Shown in pieces: positions 1-8,819 of a stretch of 64,000 nucleotides of DNA. The translations under genes were made by a program, and so were the position numbers. A model generated the notes under the pieces. That model searched no databases. It worked only from the letters and a program-made list of their open reading frames with translations, and was not told the origin of the DNA. Origin of the DNA: Acidimicrobiales bacterium. GTDB lineage: Bacteria; Actinomycetota; Acidimicrobiia; Acidimicrobiales; Bog-793. The stretch spans positions 5,047-69,046 of the forward strand of contig JBOGHW010000032.1 of the NCBI GenBank assembly GCA_050744865.1, read 5' to 3'. Each line of letters starts with the position of its first letter. Position 1 is the first letter of the stretch.

Positions 1-841
1 CGCTCGGTCGTGATCAGGCCCACCAGTTCGGCGGGGTCCATGTCTCGCATGATCACCGAGCACCCTCCGGCCGACATGCCGGCCAGAGCCCAGCCAGAGC
101 CGCCGATGTGGAACAGCGGCATGGCGACGAGGCTGACCGTCGACCGGTCGATACCAAAGGTCTGCGGCGCGGCTTTCGACAGGATCATCGCCAAGTTCCG
201 GTTGCTGAGCATGACGCCCTTCGGGAGGCCGGTCGTCCCGGAGGTGTAGAGCTGCATCGATACCTCGTCGGGCGACGCGAGGTACCCCGGGTCGTCGTCG
301 GGCTGGCTGTCGACCCAGTCGGCGTAGTCGAGGTAATGGGCCGGGCTCGGACCGGCGCCGACGCTGTCTCGATCAATGCCGTCTCGGCCGGGGCTGTCTC
401 GATCAATGCCGTCTCGGTCAGGGCTGTCTCGGCCGGTTGGGAAGCCGATGACTACGAAGGACTTGACGTCGGCCAGGACGCCCGTAATGGCGGCCAGCGC
501 CGGCACGAGTCGGCATGCAGCACGAGCACCTCGGCTCTGGAGTCGTCGATGATCGAGGCCATCTCTTGTGGGGCGAGCCGCCAATTCACCGCCACGTTGA
601 CTGCGCCGATAAGCGCCCCGCCGAAGAGAACTTCGAAGTACTCGGGGCCGTTGCGGTCCAGAAACGCCACCCGGTCGCCCGCTCCGACTCCCACGCCGCC
701 CAGCGCGTTGGCGACCCGGCACGCCCGGCCGAAGTGCTCGCCCCACGAGACGGTGCGGTCGCCAAAACGCAGCATCGGCGCCTCGGCGAACTCTCCCGCG
801 TTCGCCCGGAGCATGCCGGCCACCGTGAAACGTGAGTTCAT
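1..841 (-). pseudogene. AMP-dependent acyl-CoA synthetase/ligase, N-terminal ~280 codons (3' end beyond position 1); reading frame broken near 505-512
   Basis: ATG 841 opens MNSRFTVAGML...DRVAFLDRNGPEYFEVLFGGALIGAVNVAVNWRL...AEVLVLHAD (ORF 452..940), which then runs into a stop. A frame offset by 1 nt continues LVPALAAITGVLADVKSFVVIG...SMQLYTSGTTGLPKGVMLSNRNL...PLFHIGG to the window edge. The AMP-binding signature YTSGTTGxPKG is at 216-248. Confidence 0.6.
363..436 (-). repeat. 30-bp in-frame tandem repeat (2 copies + partial) inside the acyl-CoA synthetase gene
   Basis: gctgtctcgatcaatgccgtctcggccggg at 363-392 recurs at 393-422 (2 mismatches) and partially at 423-436. It encodes ...GRDSPDRDGIDRDSPGRDGIDRDS... 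Confidence 0.9.
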
Positions 842-1153
842 GTTCTCCCCTCGGGCGCTCCGAATCGTCGAGGTCAGCGCCCAGACTGTAGACCTCCGGA
901 CAGCCCACCAAGCTGTGCCCCCCTCCCCGGCGACGAACACGACCGCCGCTTGGTTCTGACAGGCACACCCGTCTGAATGGGTAATGCTTAAGACGACGGC
1001 TAACGCCCAAGCGGAGGAAGGTAGCGCCAGATGACCTCGAGCCTCAACGCCACCATGCTTTCAAACGCATGCGACCTTGCAGATGCGATGTTGAGCGGCA
1101 CGCATCAAGGCGGTTGGTGGCCTTCGTCGGCCGCGACCCGCATTTCGAGCCGG

Positions 1154-1187
1154 CTCGATGAGCACAGCAACTCGATGAGCACAGCAA
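1154..1187. repeat. 17-bp perfect tandem duplication, intergenic
   Basis: ctcgatgagcacagcaa at 1154-1170 and again at 1171-1187. Confidence 0.9.
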
Positions 1188-1232
1188 ACAGTCTCGCCCT
1201 TGCTGAGCGAGGTGGTCGATCCCCGTTAGCCC

Positions 1233-1622
1233 TTGCCTGAGTCGCCGGGACGGCCATTCGACCGGGACCGCCCGACGGGGACGGCCATTCGACCACCGAA
1301 GGGCTCTGGGGCTTTGAGTATTGACGACGTCGCCGTGTTTCTCGCCACGCTGGAGGGTGTACGCCGCACTGTGGTGAGGGGAGCCGCCGAGTGGAGATAC
1401 CACGGCAGGGTGGTCGCACGGCAGCTCGACACGGGGCACCTGGTGATACGCGCCGAGTTCGACTACCGGGACGCGGTGTTGCGGCAGTTTCCGCGTACCT
1501 TCAGCGTCCCACAGCGATTCGTCAAGCACATGATGGTCGTCGCTCACCTCGCCACCGGCGACGCCGAAGCCATCGAGGATGCTCTGGAGGCTGCCTGGCA
1601 GCTGCAACGGACTGGCAGCTGA
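1233..1622 (+). CDS. small MmcQ/YjbR-like protein (start uncertain; TTG 1314 plausible)
   Basis: The C-terminal two-thirds (DDVAVFLATLEGV...WRYHGRVVARQLD...LVIRAEFDYRDAVLRQFPRTF...HMMVVAHL...AEAIEDALEAAWQLQ) resembles the YjbR/MmcQ fold family as I remember it. The N-terminal 27 codons are low complexity and contain a 17-bp direct repeat. Confidence 0.45.
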   Translation: MPESPGRPFDRDRPTGTAIRPPKGSGALSIDDVAVFLATLEGVRRTVVRGAAEWRYHGRVVARQLDTGHLVIRAEFDYRDAVLRQFPRTFSVPQRFVKHMMVVAHLATGDAEAIEDALEAAWQLQRTGS

Positions 1623-1653
1623 AGGACTGGCAGCTGAAGGACTGGCAGCTGAA
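1609..1653 (+). repeat. 15-bp x3 perfect tandem repeat spanning the stop codon of the 1233..1622 ORF
   Basis: ggactggcagctgaa at 1609-1623, 1624-1638 and 1639-1653. The TGA stop (1620-1622) lies in copy 1. Confidence 0.95.
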
Positions 1654-1826
1654 ACGAGGAGCAGCGCCCCTGGCCCTGGCCCTGCCCCGCGGTCCCGGCC
1701 CTGGCCCTCGGTCTGCCTCCCGGTTGGCCGGGCAGGCGCTCAGCTTGGCCACGACACCGCCGCTACCATCGATATCGACTTCTTGCAGTGAACACCAGAC
1801 GCGGCACACCGGAGGCGAGGCGACAG

Positions 1827-3050
1827 ATGAACCCGCAACGGAAAGCCACGACCTGCGCAACTGCTCTCCTTTTGGCCTTCTTGTCTGCCGCCTGCAGCAA
1901 CAGAACCGCCCAGCCCGCCCAGCACGCCCATCCCGCGAGAACGCACCCGATTGCCGTCCACACCGTCGTCGAGACCTTCGGCGTCGCCGGAGACAAGGGG
2001 GCTGTGCTCCAGACCTTGCACGAGGCGCCAACTCCGATCCCCGGCATTGTCGGGACAGTGGTCCAGATCGCCACGTCCAACTCCGATACCTACGCGCTCA
2101 CTTCTATCGGAACCGTCTGGGCGTGGGGTGTCGCCAACGACGGCGAGCTCGGCAACGGGTCCACACCCACCTATACGGGGACAGCGACCAAAGTCGAGTT
2201 CCCGAGCGGCGTAAGGATCAGCCTGCTGGGGAACCCGATGCCGTTCGACGGCGGCCTGGCCATCGACTCTCGTGGGGATGCCTGGGGATGGGGGCTCAAT
2301 GCCGAAGGCGACCTGTGCCTGCAGAACCGACTGGTGGCGCTGCGGCCGGCGGAGATACCCCTGACTCACGTCAGCCTGGCTACCGGTGCGCGCACACACT
2401 CGCTGTTCGACGCGAACGGGTCGGTCTACGCCTGCGGCGATGGTGAATACGGAGAGCTCGGCAACGGCTCCACTGCGCCGCGCTCGGTTCCGGCTCGTGT
2501 CGTCGGGCTGCCCGAGGGAGGCGTCAAGGCGCTGACGTCCTCATGGGGTGGGTCTGGCGCCTTGATGGACAACGGCAGGTACTACGACTGGGGCTATAAC
2601 CAAGCAGGTCAACTTGGTGACGGAACCACCAAGGACAGCGATGTTCCTGTCCACGTCAGCCTGCCGGCCGCGGTCGTCCAAGTCTTCCAGGGCGGCAGTG
2701 GCCCCGCCAACGGGCAAACGCTTGCCATCGTGGCGGGCAACTCTCTGTGGGCATGGGGGAACGGGACGCACGGCCAACTTGGTGAAGACAGCACCAGAAG
2801 TTCGCCGATTCCGGTCCGGGTCACGCTCCCGGACGGGGCCAAGGCGGCCAAGGTGGCTTCCGGCGGCTTCGCCTGCTACGCCATCGACGAGGCGGGAAGA
2901 CTCTGGGCATGGGGTCGCGACAACTTCGGACAGCTTGGGACGGGTCGTGCCGGACCGGACCGGCTCACTCCGGTGCTGGCCGGGCTCTCGCTCTCGGAGA
3001 TCTCCTCGACGGCACAGAACGTCGCCGGGCTCGCTGATACACCAACCTGA
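1827..3050 (+). CDS. RCC1-repeat (beta-propeller) secreted protein, probable lipoprotein
   Basis: Six RCC1-type repeats are visible: GTVWAWGVANDGELGNGST, GDAWGWGLNAEGDLC, SVYACGDGEYGELGNGST, YYDWGYNQAGQLGDGTT, LWAWGNGTHGQLGEDST, RLWAWGRDNFGQLGTG. The N-terminus ...TALLLAFLSAACSN looks like a lipoprotein signal. ATG 1827 has GGAGG 11 nt upstream; GTG 1788 is also possible. Confidence 0.8.
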   Translation: MNPQRKATTCATALLLAFLSAACSNRTAQPAQHAHPARTHPIAVHTVVETFGVAGDKGAVLQTLHEAPTPIPGIVGTVVQIATSNSDTYALTSIGTVWAWGVANDGELGNGSTPTYTGTATKVEFPSGVRISLLGNPMPFDGGLAIDSRGDAWGWGLNAEGDLCLQNRLVALRPAEIPLTHVSLATGARTHSLFDANGSVYACGDGEYGELGNGSTAPRSVPARVVGLPEGGVKALTSSWGGSGALMDNGRYYDWGYNQAGQLGDGTTKDSDVPVHVSLPAAVVQVFQGGSGPANGQTLAIVAGNSLWAWGNGTHGQLGEDSTRSSPIPVRVTLPDGAKAAKVASGGFACYAIDEAGRLWAWGRDNFGQLGTGRAGPDRLTPVLAGLSLSEISSTAQNVAGLADTPT

Positions 3051-3278
3051 GAAACAGGCCCGCTTTCAGCCCCAGCCCCCAGTCGCTCACCCCCAGTCAC
3101 TCACCCCCGCCGGTCGGCCCCGGCTCCTCATCCCCAGCCGCTCAGCCCACGGCTCCCCAGCCCTCCAGACTCCCAGCCCTCGAAACCCCTCCTCGCCCTG
3201 CGCTGCCAAGGGGTAGTCTCGTCTCAGGAGCGCCGGGAAGACTGGTCGGCACGTCGAGTTTTCGCGGGAGCCGTCCAT

Positions 3279-4304
3279 GTGGTGTTCGTGTTTCTAGGGT
3301 CTCTGGCAACGGCCATCGCCGCCTTTGCCATCGGGGCCGTCGTCAGTCTCGGGACGAGCTGGCTCCTCGTCTCCCGCCTCGAGCGAGTCGGTGAGCGGCT
3401 AGGTCTCTCGGAAGCCCTGCTCGGCCTCATGGCGGCCCTGGCGGCGGACTCGCCCGAGATCACGGCCGCCGTGACAGCGCTTGTCCATCGCCAAGAGTCG
3501 GTCGGCGTAGGGGTCGTCGTCGGCTCGAACGTCTTCAATCTGGCCGCTCTGCTCGGCCTCGGTGCTCTGGTTGCCGGGCGCGTCCACCTGCATCGAAAGG
3601 TTGTCCTTCTCAGCGGCGTCGTGGCCGTGTGGGTGGCCGTCGTGTGCCTGGTGTCTGTGCTGGGCATCATCGATCCGGTGGCAGGCCTGGTTCTGGTCCT
3701 CGTCGTGATGATTCCTTACGTAGTTGCCCTTACCTCCCATCGCACGTGGCTGCGACGGCTTCCGCTACCTCCCCGGCTCACCGGCGCCATCCTCTCGGCT
3801 GTTGACGAGGAGGCGCTCGACCTGGTCTCCGCTGAACCTCCCAGGCGGGGAACCGGGCGCGACGGGCTCGTGGCCGCCGCCGCCCTCGTCGTCGTCGTCG
3901 CAGCCAGTGCTTTCATGGAAGGCGGCGCGTCCAGTCTCGGCCGCCACTTCGGCATCGCTCAGGAAGTCGTCGGGGGCCTCATCCTGGCTGCGGTCACCAG
4001 CATGCCGAACGCGGTGGCGGCTGTTCACCTCGCCTCCAGAGAGCGCGGTGCTGCCGTGCTCAGCACCGCTCTCAACAGCAACGCCCTCAACGTGACGGCC
4101 GGCCTGCTTGTGCCCGCCATCTTCCTCGGCCTTGCACGCCCATCGGGCGCAGGAGTGCTCGTCGTCTGCAGCTATGTGGGACTCACGCTCGTGACCCTTG
4201 CCATGGCGTACTCAGATCACGGGATCGGGCGCTCGGCCGGCTTGCTGGTCATCTTCCTCTACGCCGCATTTGTCGCGTCGCTCCTAGTTGTGGTGTCCGT
4301 CTAG
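3279..4304 (+). CDS. Ca2+/cation antiporter (CaCA, Na_Ca_ex family) membrane protein
   Basis: Polytopic hydrophobic ORF carrying both alpha-repeat motifs of the family: GSNVFNLAALLGLGALV and ALNSNALNVTAGLLVP. Confidence 0.75.
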   Translation: MVFVFLGSLATAIAAFAIGAVVSLGTSWLLVSRLERVGERLGLSEALLGLMAALAADSPEITAAVTALVHRQESVGVGVVVGSNVFNLAALLGLGALVAGRVHLHRKVVLLSGVVAVWVAVVCLVSVLGIIDPVAGLVLVLVVMIPYVVALTSHRTWLRRLPLPPRLTGAILSAVDEEALDLVSAEPPRRGTGRDGLVAAAALVVVVAASAFMEGGASSLGRHFGIAQEVVGGLILAAVTSMPNAVAAVHLASRERGAAVLSTALNSNALNVTAGLLVPAIFLGLARPSGAGVLVVCSYVGLTLVTLAMAYSDHGIGRSAGLLVIFLYAAFVASLLVVVSV

Positions 4305-4403
4305 CCGCTCTATCCCATTAGCCGCGTCATGGGGCAGAGCCCTGACAAGTCCCATTGATAACATGCGACGGCGCCACCACGAGCCACGAGAGGCGAGCTG
4401 CAC

Positions 4404-6467
4404 ATGACGCATCCTTACAACTGCAGGCAACTTGCACTGCTCGCGCTAGCCGCGACGACGGCGCTGGTGCTCGCCGGCATTCCCTCGGCATCAGCGACGG
4501 CAGCGCCATCAGCGGCATCAGCGTCCTCCCCGGGGCGCAACGTCGGTGCGCCGGCCGTGGCGTCGGGAAGGGTCGCACTGCCTGACCCGGTCCCGAGTTG
4601 GACGGCATACAGCACCGACGACGGCCCAGCGGGCAGCAAGGTCCACGTGCCGGTCCGCCTCTACCTCAGCGGACACGCCACTGCCGAAGCCGTCTTCGCC
4701 ACCGCCGCCTCCACACCGGGAAGCGCCGCTTACGGGCACTACTTGACGCCGGCGGAGTTCGAGGCGCGCTTCGGCCCGACGGCTGCGCAGGTGAGCGCCG
4801 TACAGGGTTGGGCGAAGTCCGAAGGGCTCAGCGTTACGAGCACGACGCTTCACTACGTCGCAGTCACCGGCGCGGCCCCTGTGCTCAGCCGTGCGCTCGC
4901 CACCTCGATTCACGCCTTCAGCAACAGCGGCGGACTTACTGGATACGCGCCGGTGGACGGGGCGTCTCTTCCGGCGTCCATTGCCTCCGACGTGACCACG
5001 GTGCTGGGTTTGGACTCCTACAACTACCCGACCAATGCCGTGCCTGCGGGCACGCCTGCCACGCCCGCCCCGCTACCGACGCCAGTCCCGGCACCGGGGG
5101 CTCCGGCGGCAACCTCGGCACCGGCGCCAACCGCGGCACCGGCGACAACCGCGGTGTCTGCCCTGACGAGCTCGTATCACTGCTCCTCCTGGTGGGGCGA
5201 GAACAGTGGGTCGATCCCGAAGGCCTACGGCGAGACCAACGCCCCAGATGCGGTCTGCGGATACTCCCCCCAGCAGCTCCGGTCGGCGTACGGCGTCGCG
5301 GCCTCCGCCGGCAAGGGCGCCACCATCGCCATCGTGCTCGACGGCCATTTGGCGAGTATGGATGCGGACGCGAACCGTTTCTTTGCTGCTCATCACGTGG
5401 CCGGGTTCGCCGCCGGTCAGTTCACACAGAACTTCGGACCTGGATTTGTCGCCTCCTGCGGTTCGACGTACGCCGATCTCCCCGAGGAGCCCCTGGACGT
5501 CGCGACGGCACACATCATCGCCCCCGCCGCCAAAGTCGTCTACGTCGCAGTCAATTGCAGCAACGACACTCCGGTCTTCGAGCGCAACTTCCTCGACGCC
5601 GAGACGCGCATAGTGGACGATCACCTGGCGGACGTGGAGACTGACTCGTACAGCACTCTCGAGTCCGAGTACACCCAGGCCATGGCTGCCGCCTGGACCC
5701 AAATCCTCGAGCAAGGGGCGGTCGAGGGCATCGGGTTCAACTTCGACGCCGGCGACGGCGACGTGGCACCGGCCGTCGAGTTTCCTGCTTCGGACCCTTG
5801 GGCGACCGCCGTCGGCGGGACGGCGCTCGAAATCGGCAAGTCCGGCGCCGTCACCGGCGAGCTCGGGTGGGGGGACGACATCGCCCAGGAGAACCGGGCC
5901 GGAACGGCGTACCTGCAGGCGCCCCCCGGGGACTACGTCGAAGGCTCGACAGGCGGGCGCAGCAACCTCTTCGCCCAGCCCGCCTATCAGCACGGCGTGG
6001 TCCCGTCATCGCTCTCCACGCTGGGCGGAACTGTCGCGGCGGGCCGCGAAGTACCCGACGTGGCGGCGGACGCCAGCCCCTTCACCGGGTGGCTCATCGG
6101 TTACACACCGCCTGGCGCGCCTTACCAGCAGGTGGTCGAAGGCGGGACGAGCGGCGCGTCTCCGATCGTGGCCGCCCTGGAGGCCGATGCCATGCACGTC
6201 GCCGGTCACGCCATTGGCTTCGCCAACCCGGCACTCTACGGACTGCGCCGCAGTGCCGCGATCCGTGACGTCACCCCGAGCGCGTCACCGGCAACGGCAG
6301 TCGCCCCGACGGCCGACTGCTTCAACTTCGTCGGCGGCGTACCCGTGCAGCGCTGTCTCGTCACCCTCGGCCTCGACGGGACCCAGAAGGTGACTGCCGG
6401 CTATGACGACGTCACTGGGATCGGTGCTCCGACAACTGACTTCGTGGCGCTGCTGGCCAGAGCCTGA
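4404..6467 (+). CDS. secreted peptidase S53 (sedolisin/kumamolisin-like) with pro-domain
   Basis: Signal peptide (LALLALAATTALVLAG..ASA), pro-kumamolisin-type activation segment (YLTPAEFEARFGPTAAQVSAVQGWAKSEGLSV), Pro/Ala linker, and the catalytic Ser motif GGTSGASPIVAA. Confidence 0.85.
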   Translation: MTHPYNCRQLALLALAATTALVLAGIPSASATAAPSAASASSPGRNVGAPAVASGRVALPDPVPSWTAYSTDDGPAGSKVHVPVRLYLSGHATAEAVFATAASTPGSAAYGHYLTPAEFEARFGPTAAQVSAVQGWAKSEGLSVTSTTLHYVAVTGAAPVLSRALATSIHAFSNSGGLTGYAPVDGASLPASIASDVTTVLGLDSYNYPTNAVPAGTPATPAPLPTPVPAPGAPAATSAPAPTAAPATTAVSALTSSYHCSSWWGENSGSIPKAYGETNAPDAVCGYSPQQLRSAYGVAASAGKGATIAIVLDGHLASMDADANRFFAAHHVAGFAAGQFTQNFGPGFVASCGSTYADLPEEPLDVATAHIIAPAAKVVYVAVNCSNDTPVFERNFLDAETRIVDDHLADVETDSYSTLESEYTQAMAAAWTQILEQGAVEGIGFNFDAGDGDVAPAVEFPASDPWATAVGGTALEIGKSGAVTGELGWGDDIAQENRAGTAYLQAPPGDYVEGSTGGRSNLFAQPAYQHGVVPSSLSTLGGTVAAGREVPDVAADASPFTGWLIGYTPPGAPYQQVVEGGTSGASPIVAALEADAMHVAGHAIGFANPALYGLRRSAAIRDVTPSASPATAVAPTADCFNFVGGVPVQRCLVTLGLDGTQKVTAGYDDVTGIGAPTTDFVALLARA

Positions 6468-6557
6468 GACGCAGTGAACCGTTGACATTCCGGCAGCGCC
6501 GGCCTCCGGCCGCGTCGTGGCGCTGCTGGCCAGAGCCTGAGACGCAGTGAACCGTTG
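6442..6557 (+). repeat. 43-bp perfect direct repeat (period 73 bp) duplicating the 3' end and stop codon of the S53 gene
   Basis: tcgtggcgctgctggccagagcctgagacgcagtgaaccgttg at 6442-6484 and identically at 6515-6557. The TGA stop at 6465-6467 lies inside copy 1. Confidence 0.95.
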
Positions 6558-6695
6558 GCCACGCGGTTGAGCTGGTTGCCATAGCCCGCCGCAAGACTGC
6601 GCGGCTCGCCATAGCCCAGCTCCAAGACTCAGCCGCCCGTACCCGTTGGCCGGCCAAGCCACCTCTTGCCCGGGCGATAGCCGTAAGTTAGGGGC

Positions 6696-7751
6696 ATGAC
6701 CCTCCCCACCCGCACCCTGGGCCCCTCAGCTCTAGAGGTCGGAGCCATCGGCCTCGGCTGCATGGGTATGAGCGACTTCTATGGCGCGACCGCCGAAGAC
6801 GAGCCCGAAGCGATCGCCACGATCCACCGCGCCGTCGAGTTGGGCGCCACGCTCCTCGACACCGCCGACATGTACGGCATCGGCGCCAACGAGGAGCTCG
6901 TCGGGCGCGCCATAGCCGCAAAGCGGGACCAAGTCGTGCTCGCCACCAAGTTCGGCATCCATCGCAAACCGGACGACCCCACCTACCGGGTCGTCAACGG
7001 CAGCCCCGAGTACATCCGCCAAGCCTGCGACGCCTCGCTGGCGAGGCTGGGTGTCGACCACATTGACCTCTATTACCAGCACCGCGCCGACCCGAGGGTT
7101 CCGATCGAGGACTCGGTCGGCGCTCTGGCCGAGCTCGTCGCCGCTGGCAAGATCCGCCACATCGGGCTCTCGGAAGCATCTGCCAGCACCATCAGGCGGG
7201 CAGCGGCAGTGCATCCCATCACCGCCCTGCAATCTGAATGGTCGCTGTTCAGCCGCGACATCGAGACCGACGTCGTGCCTGTCTGCAGGGAGCTGTCCAT
7301 CGGAATCGTGCCGTACAGCCCGCTCGGGCGCGGGCTGTTGACCGGCCATATCTCGCGAGCAGACGAGCTGTCGGCCGACGACTTCCGGCGCCGCGTGCAA
7401 CCACGCTTCCGGGGCGACAACCTCGACCACAACCTGTCCCTCGTGGGCACGGTGAGAGCGGTCGCCGCTCGCCATGGTGCCACTCCGGGGCAAGTTGCCC
7501 TGGCATGGGTACTAGCCCAGGGTGAGGACGTCGTGCCGATTCCCGGGACCCGTCGCCGGCACTACCTGGAGGAGAACCTCGGTGCCACCGCCGTCCGGCT
7601 CGACGACGAAGACCTCTCGCAGTTGACTGCCCTGGAGGCAGCCGGGGCGCGATACGAGGACATGTCGACCGTGGCGGGAGACACGCCGCTGGCGGCCGAG
7701 CGGGCGCGCCGGGCGCCCAACGAGCCTGGATTCACCGACATAGCTGGGTGA
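6696..7751 (+). CDS. aldo/keto reductase
   Basis: [39 protein letters not shown], typical 351-aa AKR layout. Confidence 0.9.
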   Translation: MTLPTRTLGPSALEVGAIGLGCMGMSDFYGATAEDEPEAIATIHRAVELGATLLDTADMYGIGANEELVGRAIAAKRDQVVLATKFGIHRKPDDPTYRVVNGSPEYIRQACDASLARLGVDHIDLYYQHRADPRVPIEDSVGALAELVAAGKIRHIGLSEASASTIRRAAAVHPITALQSEWSLFSRDIETDVVPVCRELSIGIVPYSPLGRGLLTGHISRADELSADDFRRRVQPRFRGDNLDHNLSLVGTVRAVAARHGATPGQVALAWVLAQGEDVVPIPGTRRRHYLEENLGATAVRLDDEDLSQLTALEAAGARYEDMSTVAGDTPLAAERARRAPNEPGFTDIAG

Positions 7752-7862
7752 CGGCAGCGACACTGGGCCGGCGACGAGCGACCAAGAATGACGAGCTCAC
7801 CCATCTCGTGCCGCCCACGAACCAGGTGCTCTCCCGCCCCGCTTGCCGGCTGCGAGAGACTC

Positions 7863-8771
7863 CTACCTCGTGACTGCCAGCTCGGGCTCGCCGGTCAGCA
7901 ATGCCAGCAGGCCGATCAGCTCGACTCGCTCGCCTGGCTGCAGGGGTGACAGGAACTCGGTCGCCGCGGCGCGCACCAGAAGCTTGGCCTCGCTCAAGAG
8001 CTTGACGCCGTCCGCAGTGACTTGGAGCGCGTAGCTGCGCCTGTCCGTCTCGCTCCGCCCACGCCTGGCACATCCGAGCTGCTCGAGCCGATCGACCAGA
8101 TCCACGGCGGCTGCACCTCCGATCGAGAGCCAGACCGCCAGCTCCTGCTGAGAACAGGGAGCTCGGCTCTCCAGGGCGGCCAGTGCCACGAACGTCCGGG
8201 TATCGAGCCCGAGCGGTCGGAATGTCACGTCCCCGATGGTGGCTACCCGGAAGTACGTGTGTGCAGTCAAGAAACCGCAGTGCTCCGCCAGTACCGGCGG
8301 TGGCGGCGGGTCGAGGTGGGGCAGGAGCAGCCGCTGCAGGTACGTCTTGAGACGCCTGTACTGAGCGGCGCTGAAACGCCCGCTGAGCTCTTCGTCGCAA
8401 GCCTGAACGGCTTTGCCGAGCGACTTGAGTCGACGTCGCCCGGCTGTCGTCACGACGAGGGCGTACGACCTGCGGTCGTTCTGGTTGCGGCGGCGCTCCA
8501 CTTCCCCGGCTTCCTCCAGCTGGTCGATGAGCTTCACCATGACGGACCGGTTGATGAGCAGGTAGTCGGCAAGCCACTGCTGCGATACCTGGCCGTAGCT
8601 GGCGAGGAGCTGCAGGATGGCCATGTCCCGGGGGTGGACGCCACCGGAAGCCTCCAGGAAGCTCTCGAGGACTCTCAGCTGGGCGCGCCGGAGAAGGTAA
8701 CCAAGCAATCCTGCGGGGTCCCTCTCGTTCGGTGCCACGACGAGCAGTGTAGCTGATGCTCCACTCACCAT
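7863..8771 (-). CDS. MarR-family regulator with two tandem winged-helix MarR units in one polypeptide
   Basis: Two MarR cores in a 302-aa ORF: ...VSQQWLADYLLINRSVMVKLIDQLEEAGEVERRRNQNDRRSYALVVTTAGRR... and ...CSQQELAVWLSIGGAAAVDLVDRLEQLGCARRGRSETDRRSYALQVTADGVK... The ATG is at 8771. The ORF-track extension to 9560 is antisense to the MFS gene. Confidence 0.8.
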   Translation of the reverse strand: MVSGASATLLVVAPNERDPAGLLGYLLRRAQLRVLESFLEASGGVHPRDMAILQLLASYGQVSQQWLADYLLINRSVMVKLIDQLEEAGEVERRRNQNDRRSYALVVTTAGRRRLKSLGKAVQACDEELSGRFSAAQYRRLKTYLQRLLLPHLDPPPPPVLAEHCGFLTAHTYFRVATIGDVTFRPLGLDTRTFVALAALESRAPCSQQELAVWLSIGGAAAVDLVDRLEQLGCARRGRSETDRRSYALQVTADGVKLLSEAKLLVRAAATEFLSPLQPGERVELIGLLALLTGEPELAVTR

Positions 8772-8784
8772 ACCATTCGGTCGG

Positions 8785-8813
8785 TTGACGATTCGCTCAC
8801 CAATCTGTACGAT
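8785..8813 (+). promoter_or_regulatory. sigma-70-type promoter giving a leaderless MFS transcript
   Basis: TTGACG (8785-8790), 17-nt spacer, TACGAT (8808-8813). The ATG at 8820 begins 7 nt after the -10 hexamer and has no Shine-Dalgarno sequence. Confidence 0.5.
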
Positions 8814-8819
8814 GTCACA

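Noticed and set aside
1031-1240. 69-aa ORF with an upstream GGAGGA in the spacer between the acyl-CoA synthetase and the YjbR-like gene
   Set aside because: Third-position GC is visibly lower than in the neighbouring genes. A 17-bp tandem duplication (not a multiple of 3) lies inside it. No family resemblance. Most likely non-coding.
6442-6557. The 43-bp direct repeats as attL/attR of an integrated element
   Set aside because: Only 30 bp lie between the copies, and no integrase, tRNA or cargo is present. A local duplication is the simpler explanation.
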